Source: Candidatus Micrarchaeia archaeon (GTDB lineage Archaea; Micrarchaeota; Micrarchaeia; Anstonellales; J096). From it: a stretch of DNA of 29,554 nucleotides. Both the position numbers and the translations under genes were made by a program. Below the pieces are notes generated by a model. That model saw nothing but the letters and a program-made list of their open reading frames with translations, had not been told where the DNA came from and did no database searches. The DNA is taken from the NCBI GenBank assembly GCA_041500865.1, contig JBGQMY010000018.1, positions 1-29,554 of the forward strand. The letters are read 5' to 3'. Shown here piece after piece: positions 19,161-27,239 of the stretch (positions are counted from its first letter, which is position 1; the number at the start of each line of letters is the position of its first letter).

Positions 19161-19249
19161 GTGTATTAACAATGATACACTACTGTACATAGAATCGTAT
19201 AACGTCAAACCCAGTTATATTATCACAGTGTCCTGTTTTCAGGATACTG
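19161..19249. promoter_or_regulatory. Two imperfect palindromes flanking a TATA-like box
   Basis: GTGTATTA-acaa-TGATACAC (19161-19180); TTATATTA (19215-19222); CAGTGTCCTG-tttt-CAGGATACTG (19226-19249). Confidence 0.5.
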
Positions 19250-19260
19250 GGGGTGGAAAT

Positions 19261-19428
19261 ATGGCAGATACGGGAATATCAGGTTTGGCAGGATGGACAG
19301 CACTGATTTTGTTTTTTGTTGTGCTCGGTCTAGTAAACTTCGCTAATCTAGGATGGGTTTTCTGGATTATTGGCGTTCTGTTACTGGCTGTGACATCCGT
19401 AGCCATCCTACGTCATGGATTCAATTGA
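19261..19428 (+). CDS. Small two-TM membrane protein (55 aa)
   Basis: GGGGTGG RBS-like element before ATG 19261; two hydrophobic helices. Confidence 0.7.
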   Translation: MADTGISGLAGWTALILFFVVLGLVNFANLGWVFWIIGVLLLAVTSVAILRHGFN

Positions 19429-19517
19429 CATGAACTCAATCCTTTTCTTTTTTTGATAGCAGGAATCAAATAGAATGATAATTCAACTGTTATTATAGAT
19501 TTTACGCCTAATAAAAC

Positions 19518-19910
19518 TCACGCAAAAGCCAAGTCCTCCTTCCTGAAGCCCATGGACTCTGCCTTTTCCAAGGATATCGTAAAGGATGCCTCGCACTGCT
19601 TCATCGCGCCAATCGGTATGAACAAAGGCTCACGGTTCCGGCGCTTCCACACGACATACGCCGTCATCTGCGCGACCTCTTCCCATTGCTTCAGAAGGAT
19701 AATCTGCTCCTTCTTCACTGAAAGGTTCATGCCCTCGTGCGCCTTGACCTCAAAGACGTACTGCCTGCCCCTCTTGAATGCCATGATATCCGGCGATTCG
19801 GAAGAAACGCCTGAGCCGGCCGCACGGATGGCGCAAAACCCCTGACGGACAAAATAGTCTAATACCTCTCTTTCAACCCGCGAGCCCTTCCTATACGTCT
19901 GCATATTCAC
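19518..19910 (-). CDS. hjc: Holliday junction resolvase Hjc
   Basis: YRKGSRVERE, IRAAGSG, PDIMA, FEVK; start GTG 19910 or ATG 19904. Confidence 0.94.
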   Translation of the reverse strand: MNMQTYRKGSRVEREVLDYFVRQGFCAIRAAGSGVSSESPDIMAFKRGRQYVFEVKAHEGMNLSVKKEQIILLKQWEEVAQMTAYVVWKRRNREPLFIPIGAMKQCEASFTISLEKAESMGFRKEDLAFA

Positions 19911-21208
19911 AGCCCCGGTATGCTGCCGCCGAACATCTTCTTCACCTTGTTGCGGAATCCCCTGTCCTTGGAAAACTTCTGGTATATCTCCTTTGACTTC
20001 ATGAACTGGTTGACAAGCGCGCGAACGTCCTTCTCGGAGGTGCCCGAGCCCTTGGCTATCCGCAAGGCCCGCGAGGAGCTTTTGCGCACAAGCTCGGGGT
20101 CCTTCCTCTCGGCGCGGGTCATGCTGCTGATTATCGACTCGAAGCGCTCCATCATCAAATCCATGTTCTCGGCCATGTCCTTTGACACGTTCATCTGGCC
20201 CATCATGTTGGTCATGAGCCCGCTTATCGGGCCTGCGCCCTTTGCAGCCTTCATCTGCGCGTAAAACGTGTCCAAATCAAACTCAGGCTCGCCTTCAATA
20301 GTAAGGTTCTTCTCAATCTCCTTCATCTGCTCCATCAGGCTTTGGAAGTCCGGCATGCCCAAAAGCTTGGAAACGAAGCGCTCGGAATTGTAGGCCTCAA
20401 AGCTGTCTACCTTTTCTCCAAGGCCTATGAACGCCAATTTTGTCTTTGTCTCGGCAACAGCGGAAAGGGCGCCGCCGGCCTTTCCCGAGCCGTCCAGCTT
20501 GGTCACAATGACGCCTGTTATGGGCACTGCCTCTGAAAACGCCCTGGCGTGCTTTCCCGCCACCTGGCCTATGTCGGCAGAGACGACAAGGAAGACCTCA
20601 TCCGGCTTAAAAACAGCATAAAGGCCCTTAAGCTCCTTGGCAAGGCCTTCGTCAAAGGCGTTCCTCCCGGCCGTGTCAACAATGGTAACGTCTGCTTTTG
20701 AGCCTTCCATGCATTTCTTGATGATTTCAACGCCCGGGCCGTCATGGGTGCAAAACGGGGCTTTTATCTTTTCCGAAAGCTGGCGAAGCTGCTCCTTTGC
20801 GGCAGGCCTGTCGTTGTCAACCGAAATGAGCAACGGCTTAAGCCCCTTTTTCATGTAATAATAGGCTATCTTTGCCGATGTGGTGGTCTTCCCGCTCCCG
20901 TAAAGGCCTATAAGCATGACCTTGTGCCTGTCAAGCCGCGGGGAATAGGACTCGCCGAGGACTGCCTTAAGCTCATCAAAGATTACCTTGACAACATGCT
21001 GCCTGACAGTTGCGCCCTCCAGCAGCTCCTTGGAAAGGGCCTTGTCCTTTATCCTTTTTGAAAGCTCAAAGACCAGTTTAACGTTTACGTCCGCAGTTAT
21101 CAGGGCTTTCTGTATCTCCTTGACAAGCTCGCTGACCGCTGCCTCGTCAACGACTGTCTTGCCCATGAACCGGCGTATTGCGTCCTGTATGGATTGCGCG
21201 AACGTCAT
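19907..21208 (-). CDS. srp54: Signal recognition particle protein SRP54
   Basis: ALITADVNV, GLYGSGKTTT, DTAGR, TKLDGSGKAGGALSA, M domain IISSMT..ER...RIAKGSG; true start ATG 21208. Confidence 0.96.
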   Translation of the reverse strand: MTFAQSIQDAIRRFMGKTVVDEAAVSELVKEIQKALITADVNVKLVFELSKRIKDKALSKELLEGATVRQHVVKVIFDELKAVLGESYSPRLDRHKVMLIGLYGSGKTTTSAKIAYYYMKKGLKPLLISVDNDRPAAKEQLRQLSEKIKAPFCTHDGPGVEIIKKCMEGSKADVTIVDTAGRNAFDEGLAKELKGLYAVFKPDEVFLVVSADIGQVAGKHARAFSEAVPITGVIVTKLDGSGKAGGALSAVAETKTKLAFIGLGEKVDSFEAYNSERFVSKLLGMPDFQSLMEQMKEIEKNLTIEGEPEFDLDTFYAQMKAAKGAGPISGLMTNMMGQMNVSKDMAENMDLMMERFESIISSMTRAERKDPELVRKSSSRALRIAKGSGTSEKDVRALVNQFMKSKEIYQKFSKDRGFRNKVKKMFGGSIPGL

Positions 21209-21216
21209 TGAATCAC

Positions 21217-21465
21217 TCAGAACATTATGCCCAGGAAATGGAGCACGATTATGGCAGCCAGGCCGAAGAGCCCGGTCAGCGCCACGATTATGAATGTGAC
21301 GATGTTGATGGGTATGCCAGCGCCAAGCAAATCCAAGACGAACATTGCAATAAGTCCCACAACGCTGTTGTAAATCACCCTTTTTATGTCGCGCGCCAAC
21401 GCGAATATCAGCCATGCCGCTATTATTGATAGAACGATGGCAATCGCCGTCTCTATGCCTGCCAT
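21217..21465 (-). CDS. BofA (pro-sigmaK processing inhibitor) family membrane protein
   Basis: K..IYNSVVGLI.MF...LLG..IPIN.VT......TGLFG pattern. Confidence 0.8.
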   Translation of the reverse strand: MAGIETAIAIVLSIIAAWLIFALARDIKRVIYNSVVGLIAMFVLDLLGAGIPINIVTFIIVALTGLFGLAAIIVLHFLGIMF

Positions 21466-21536
21466 GGCTTCATTTAACTGTTGAAGTTATTTAAAGTTGG
21501 CGGTGCCGCATTGGAAGGGCGCCATGACGGTAAAGC

Positions 21537-21570
21537 TGTTTAAAAACGTGCATGCTCTTGTTTTTAAACA
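21537..21570. promoter_or_regulatory. Perfect 11-bp inverted repeat in a divergent promoter
   Basis: TGTTTAAAAAC (21537-21547), 12-nt spacer, GTTTTTAAACA (21560-21570). Confidence 0.55.
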
Positions 21571-21593
21571 TTTAAACGGCAAATAGGTCATAG

Positions 21594-23102
21594 GTGTTCA
21601 AAATGGCAGCCCAAAAAAATATGTCAGACTATAATGCGGAGATAGTCAAGAGAAAGGCCGCAGAATACAGGAATCTGCGCGAGGCGAAAAGGGCAAAGCA
21701 GATAAAAGCAGTCCCGAAGCCCAAGGAAGCCAATATTGTGGCCCAGCCCCAAAAGGCTGAGGCGCCCATACAGCCGGTGCAGCAGGAGGCGCAAAAGCCG
21801 GCGACGATAAAGATAGACGGGGAGGCGGCCTCAAAGGACCTTGCGCAGATAATGGCGGACATCCTGGAAGCCAAGAACCGCCTTGTGAACGAGATAGGCG
21901 AGGACAAGGCCGCGGGAACCAACAAGGCATACGAAAACGTGGAAGCCGCATACACAAGCCTGAAGAGCTACATGGAAAAGGGCGAGGTAGGCGTACAGGG
22001 GCTTAGCGACCGGATATTCAGGTTCTCAAGCCAGCTGCAGGTTTACTTCGCAACAGCGACTGTGGAATACAAGTCATACAAGAACTCCCACAAAAGGAGC
22101 TGGATAGAGGGAGCCATGGACACGTGGGCCGTGCCGCTTGTCGTAGGCGCGACTGCGATTGCCCTCAGGAAGCCGATAACGAAAAAGGCGATGCCCATAC
22201 TCGAGAAAGGCATCGGAAAAGGCGCATATTCACGGTATGAGGAACTCAGAAAGCAGGAACTGGGGCCGGCTTGGCAAAAGCTCGTGAGAGCTGTTGCCGG
22301 AACCGCGGCAATCGGTGCAGGCGGCGTTGTGGGCGGGACTGTGGAATACACTATGGACTCCATGGGATACGGCGCAAAAAAGGGAGACGTCAAGAAATTC
22401 TTCGATATGCAGCGCAACAGCATAAAGGACATGGGGGACGCGCTGAACAACTTTAAACTGCAGAACAAGGACAACGACCCGGCAATAGCAGCCCAGATAA
22501 AGGCGGCAAGGACCATGCTTGACAATGCCGATATGGGAATGAAGACGGTTGAAAACAAAATCAGCAAGGGGCAGGAAGGCAATGCCCCGAACTTCGTGGT
22601 AGACGTTTTGAAATCATCGGCGGCAATAGCCGCGATAGGCATAGCCCTTCGTTTTACCAAGGGAAAAGCCAAGGGATGGGCTACAGGAGTGGTCCGGAAA
22701 GATAGGCTGAAGGAAGCGGACGAAAAAGTTGAAAAGATTGCGGCAGAGGCAAAGGCTGCGCTTAAAGGCGGTAATCTCGCCAAACAGAAAACAGCCAAGG
22801 AGAAGCTTCAGCAGGCCTTGGAAGAAAGGAACCAATTCGTGCCAGGAGCCAAGAAGACCGCCAAAGGAACAGAAACGCTTGATGAGCTTGTTGGCAAGCT
22901 GGACAGGGAATCAGGGGAAAAGGAAATCAGCGCGGCTATTGCAAGCTTAGATAAGGCAAGAAAAGGGGGAGACCTGGAAGAGATATCGGCTGCAAGAAGG
23001 GAGGCACAAAAAGTCTTGGGCAAGGATAAGACCGGCAGTGACGAGCTTCAGGACCTTCTTGACGCAACAAAGCCCAAGAGAGCCCGGAAGCAGTCTCCAT
23101 AG
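21594..23102 (+). CDS. Hypothetical Ala/Lys-rich helical protein with three Gly/Ala hydrophobic segments
   Basis: 502-aa ORF with host-like codon usage; no family recognised; start uncertain (21594, 21603 or 21621). Confidence 0.8.
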   Translation: MFKMAAQKNMSDYNAEIVKRKAAEYRNLREAKRAKQIKAVPKPKEANIVAQPQKAEAPIQPVQQEAQKPATIKIDGEAASKDLAQIMADILEAKNRLVNEIGEDKAAGTNKAYENVEAAYTSLKSYMEKGEVGVQGLSDRIFRFSSQLQVYFATATVEYKSYKNSHKRSWIEGAMDTWAVPLVVGATAIALRKPITKKAMPILEKGIGKGAYSRYEELRKQELGPAWQKLVRAVAGTAAIGAGGVVGGTVEYTMDSMGYGAKKGDVKKFFDMQRNSIKDMGDALNNFKLQNKDNDPAIAAQIKAARTMLDNADMGMKTVENKISKGQEGNAPNFVVDVLKSSAAIAAIGIALRFTKGKAKGWATGVVRKDRLKEADEKVEKIAAEAKAALKGGNLAKQKTAKEKLQQALEERNQFVPGAKKTAKGTETLDELVGKLDRESGEKEISAAIASLDKARKGGDLEEISAARREAQKVLGKDKTGSDELQDLLDATKPKRARKQSP

Positions 23103-23172
23103 GCCGCATTTCGGTGGATATTGGGCGTTGTCTGACAGCAACCATTAAAAGATATGCGGAAACAATGGAACC

Positions 23173-25893
23173 ATGCCGCAGCTGGACTTCAGGGCCATTG
23201 AGGAAAAAGTGCAGAAGGAATGGGACAAGGAGAAAGCTGACGTCTCAAACCCTGACAAAAGGGAAAAGAGGTTCATAACAGCGGCGTTCCCGTACCCAAA
23301 CAGCCCGCAGCACATAGGCCACGGAAGGACCTACACGATAACGGACGTGCACGCAAGATACCTGAAGATGAAGGGCTACAACGTGCTGTTCCCGATGGCA
23401 TTCCATGTCACAGGAACGCCAATCCTTGCCATGGCAGACAGGATAAAGGCGAAAGACAAGGAGATACTTGACATTTTCGAGAACATATACCACATCAGCA
23501 GGAAGGAGGCGGAAAAGCTGACAAAGCCGGAAGACCTTGTCATGCACTTCAGCAGGGAGATAGAGCAGGGCATGAGGGAAATGGGCCTGATGGTGGACTG
23601 GAGAAGGAAGTTCTACAGCTTCGACCCGCACTTCAACAGGTTCATAGAGTGGCAGTTCAGGAAACTGAAGGAGATGGGGCACATTGCCCAGGGAGACCAT
23701 TACGTCCCTTGGAGCGTAAAGCTGAGCAGCGCAGTCGGCTCGCATGACACGAAAGGGGACGTTGACCCGCAGATGGAGGAAGTGACAGCGATAAAGTTCA
23801 GGTTCAAGGACGGCTTCCTTGTCGTATCAACTTACAGGCCTGAAACCGTGTTCGGCGTAACCAACATATGGGTAAACCCGAAGATGCAGTACGTGAAGGC
23901 AAGGGACAGGAAATCCAAGGAAATTTATTACATGGGCGAAGAGGCGGCTGGCATAATCGCGAACCAGCTGGACATTGAGGTGATCGGGAAAGTCGATGCA
24001 AATGAAATGCTGGACGGAATGGCGAAGAACCCTGCCAATGGGGAAGACGTTCCGATATTCAAGGCGTCGTTCGTGAAGCCTGATGTTGGAACCGGCGTTG
24101 TCATGAGCGTGCCGGCCCATGCGCCGTTTGACTATGTCGCGCTAAGGGACATCGGAAAAGAAAACTTAAGCAAAAAGATAATCGAGACCGGCGCATACAA
24201 GGGAATTCCCGCAAAGGAGGCCGTGGAAAAGCTCGGCATAAAGAACCAGGACGACGAAAGGCTGGAAGAGGCGACAAAGGCGCTTTACAAGGAGGAGGCG
24301 CACAACGGGAGGATGTCGGTCTACAAGCCAGGCCTCCCGGTCTCAAAGGCAAAGGAGGACGTGAAAGGGCTCTTCGTCAAGGAGGGCAAGGCGTTCTTGC
24401 TCTGGATAATAGCCAACGCCCCGGTCTACACAAGGGAAGGCGACAAGGTCCTTGTAAAGAAGGTAAGCGGCCAGTGGTTCATCAATTACGGGGATGAAAA
24501 ATGGAAGGCGAAGGGAAGGGAGATGCTCAATGCCATGTCCGTGATACCCGAAGACGGAAGGAAGGAGATGCTGGCAACCATAGACTGGCTGGACAGGAAG
24601 GCGTGCACAAGGGCAAAGGGCCTTGGGACCAAATTCCCGTTTGACCAGGGCCAGATAATAGAGTCGCTCAGCGACTCAACGATATACATGGCGTTCTACA
24701 CGTTCGCGCACAAGATTAGGGAATTTGAACCGAACGAACTGGACGAAGGGTTCTTTGACTACCTGCTGCTTGGCAAAGGAAAGGCAAAAAACAAAAAGCA
24801 CGAAGAGATGAGGGAGGAGTTCCTTTACTGGTATCCGCTGGACTCAAGGCACACGGGCTGGGACCTTGTGAAGAACCATCTGCCGTTCTTTGTAATGAAC
24901 CATGCCGCAATCTTTGATAAAACAATGTGGCCAAGGCAGATAGTGCTGAACGGCTTTGTCCTTATGGACGGCAAGAAGATGAGCAAGAGCCTTGGCAACA
25001 TCCTGCCGCTCAGGGACGCGATAAGGAAATATGGGGCTGATGTCGTCAGGTTCTCGGTCGTCGCGGGGGCGGAGCTTGCCGAGGACACGGACTTCAGCGT
25101 CTCAATGGCAAGCGGGATAAGGGAAAGGATGGAATACATATTGGAAAAGCTGGATGAAAAGGAGGGCAAAGAGGAGCTGATAGACAGGTGGATGGAGGCG
25201 AAATTCAGCTCCAAGCTTGAATCGTTGGATTACAATTTCAGCAACTTTGAGTTCAGGAAGATAGCGCTTGACTTTTTTTATGATTTCCACAATGACATGA
25301 ATTGGTATATCGCAAGGAAGCAAGGAAAGCCAAAGCTAAGGAAAATAATATCAAGATGGGCGCAGGTGATGGCGCCGTTCATGCCGTTCGTCTCAGAATA
25401 CGTCTGGAGGGAGAGGCTCGGCAACAAGGCAAGCGTTTTCGCAAGCAGCATGCCGAAGCCCGAAAAACACGACAAGGACGTCATAAGGGCAGAGGGGATT
25501 GTGAGGCTGCTGAAGGAGGACATTGAAAGGCTGATGGGGATAGTCAAGGCAAAGCCAAAGAAGATATACATCTACCTGCCTGACAAATGGAAATTCAGTC
25601 TTTTTGATTACATGGCTGAAACAAGGAACTTCGACAGGATAATGGACGGGGCTCGGGAAAAATACAAGGACAAAATGGAATTCGTGGCAAAAACGGCAAA
25701 AGGCCTTGGCAACAGGCTGTATGCTATGGAAAAGCCAGTTCCGCTGGACGTGATGCGCAAACAAATAGAAGACGCGAAGCCGTTCCTGTCAAGGCAGTTC
25801 GGCTGCGAGATAATCATTGCTGGTGAAGAAGGCGCGAAGCACGAGAAGGCGAGGCTCTCTACCCCGATGAAGCCGTCAATAGTGCTTGAGTGA
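23173..25893 (+). CDS. leuS: Leucine--tRNA ligase (archaeal type)
   Basis: FPYPNSPQHIGHGRTY, TYRPET, GTGVVMSVPAHAPFD, IESLSDSTIY, GKKMSKSLGN. Confidence 0.97.
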   Translation: MPQLDFRAIEEKVQKEWDKEKADVSNPDKREKRFITAAFPYPNSPQHIGHGRTYTITDVHARYLKMKGYNVLFPMAFHVTGTPILAMADRIKAKDKEILDIFENIYHISRKEAEKLTKPEDLVMHFSREIEQGMREMGLMVDWRRKFYSFDPHFNRFIEWQFRKLKEMGHIAQGDHYVPWSVKLSSAVGSHDTKGDVDPQMEEVTAIKFRFKDGFLVVSTYRPETVFGVTNIWVNPKMQYVKARDRKSKEIYYMGEEAAGIIANQLDIEVIGKVDANEMLDGMAKNPANGEDVPIFKASFVKPDVGTGVVMSVPAHAPFDYVALRDIGKENLSKKIIETGAYKGIPAKEAVEKLGIKNQDDERLEEATKALYKEEAHNGRMSVYKPGLPVSKAKEDVKGLFVKEGKAFLLWIIANAPVYTREGDKVLVKKVSGQWFINYGDEKWKAKGREMLNAMSVIPEDGRKEMLATIDWLDRKACTRAKGLGTKFPFDQGQIIESLSDSTIYMAFYTFAHKIREFEPNELDEGFFDYLLLGKGKAKNKKHEEMREEFLYWYPLDSRHTGWDLVKNHLPFFVMNHAAIFDKTMWPRQIVLNGFVLMDGKKMSKSLGNILPLRDAIRKYGADVVRFSVVAGAELAEDTDFSVSMASGIRERMEYILEKLDEKEGKEELIDRWMEAKFSSKLESLDYNFSNFEFRKIALDFFYDFHNDMNWYIARKQGKPKLRKIISRWAQVMAPFMPFVSEYVWRERLGNKASVFASSMPKPEKHDKDVIRAEGIVRLLKEDIERLMGIVKAKPKKIYIYLPDKWKFSLFDYMAETRNFDRIMDGAREKYKDKMEFVAKTAKGLGNRLYAMEKPVPLDVMRKQIEDAKPFLSRQFGCEIIIAGEEGAKHEKARLSTPMKPSIVLE

Positions 25894-25913
25894 ATATATA
25901 GGAAGTGGTGCTG

Positions 25914-27239
25914 ATGCGGAAAACGAAGATTGTCGTTACGATAGGGCCTGCAGTTGAGGACAAAAAGCTCCTTCTCAGGATTTTTGAAAAGGCCGACGTT
26001 GCAAGGTTCAACTTCTCGCACGGCGATTACAAGGAGCACAAAAAACAGAAAAGGCTTGTTGATGGCGTCGCAGATGAATTGGGAAAAATAATACCGACCA
26101 TGGCCGACACGCAGGGCCCTGAGATGAGGACGACAAACAAGGAGCCTTTTGAAGTGAAGATAAACGGGCATTACGACCTCATGAAGGACATCGGCGTCAC
26201 CTATGGCAACCTTCCGAAGGACGTGAAGAAGGGCGACATGGTGGTCATAGCGGACGGCGACTTCAGGATGAGGGTGCTTGAAACCGGAAAGAACACGCTG
26301 AAGGTGCATGCGCTCACAGGGGGCGCCATAAACCCGAAAAGGAAGGTTTCGGTTCCGGGCGAGCTCATACACCTGCCGACGATATCGGAGGAAGACAGAA
26401 AGGACCTTGATTTCATAGCCAAGGAGAATTTTGACCTGATAGCGCAGTCATTCGTGAGGCACGCGAGGGAGGTGGACGAGCTCAGGAAATACGCGGCAGG
26501 CCTCGGATGGAAGAACCACATCATAGCGAAGATAGAGCACCCGAAGGCCGTTGAGGAGTTTGACGGGATAATAACGGCTGCGGACGGCGCCATGGTCGCA
26601 AGGGGCGACCTTGGCGTTGAAGTCAGCTTTGACAGGCTTCCGGGCATACAGAGGGCACTGATACGGAAGGCCAGGAAGAGCTCCAAGCCTGTCATTGTCG
26701 CAACCCACATGATGAAGTCCATGGTTTCCAGCCCGTTCCCGACAAGGGCCGAGGTCGTTGACGTGGCCAATGCCGTTTATCAAGGAACGGATGCCGTGAT
26801 GCTTTCAGAGGAAACGACGATAGGCAGTTTCCCGTACGAGGCGGTCGACGCGATGGACAGGATAGCCACGACAGCGGAGCTGGACGCCGAGGTCGAGAAA
26901 GTTGAGCCTGTTGACAACAAAGACGTGATGGCGCAGGAGGCGTTTGTAATCGCTGACAGGTTCGGATGCCCCATGGTGGCGCCTACGGAAAGCGGGACCA
27001 CGCCCCGCAAGATATCGAAATACAGGCCAAGGCTGAAGATATACGCGATAACGCCGCATAGGCACGTCGCCGCATACATGACGCTTTGCTACGGCGTCGT
27101 TCCTGTCATGTCAGAGAGGCACGAGCCGATATACAGGAACTTCGCCCAGATAAAGGAGATGCTGGGCATAAACAAGGCCGTGTTCGTGTTCGGCTACCCG
27201 ATGGGAAACAAGAGGACGAACTCCGTCATATACGCCTAG
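25914..27239 (+). CDS. pyk: Pyruvate kinase
   Basis: RKTKIVVTIGPA, ARFNFSHG, IIAKIE, MVARGDLGVE, PTRAEVVDVANAV, DAVMLS.ET; ATG at 25914. Confidence 0.97.
   Translation: MRKTKIVVTIGPAVEDKKLLLRIFEKADVARFNFSHGDYKEHKKQKRLVDGVADELGKIIPTMADTQGPEMRTTNKEPFEVKINGHYDLMKDIGVTYGNLPKDVKKGDMVVIADGDFRMRVLETGKNTLKVHALTGGAINPKRKVSVPGELIHLPTISEEDRKDLDFIAKENFDLIAQSFVRHAREVDELRKYAAGLGWKNHIIAKIEHPKAVEEFDGIITAADGAMVARGDLGVEVSFDRLPGIQRALIRKARKSSKPVIVATHMMKSMVSSPFPTRAEVVDVANAVYQGTDAVMLSEETTIGSFPYEAVDAMDRIATTAELDAEVEKVEPVDNKDVMAQEAFVIADRFGCPMVAPTESGTTPRKISKYRPRLKIYAITPHRHVAAYMTLCYGVVPVMSERHEPIYRNFAQIKEMLGINKAVFVFGYPMGNKRTNSVIYA

Noticed and set aside
22043..22798. Long antisense ORFs (22043-22798, 25608-26372, 26201-26770 and similar)
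   Set aside because: They are shadows of well-supported opposite-strand genes and show no motifs of their own.
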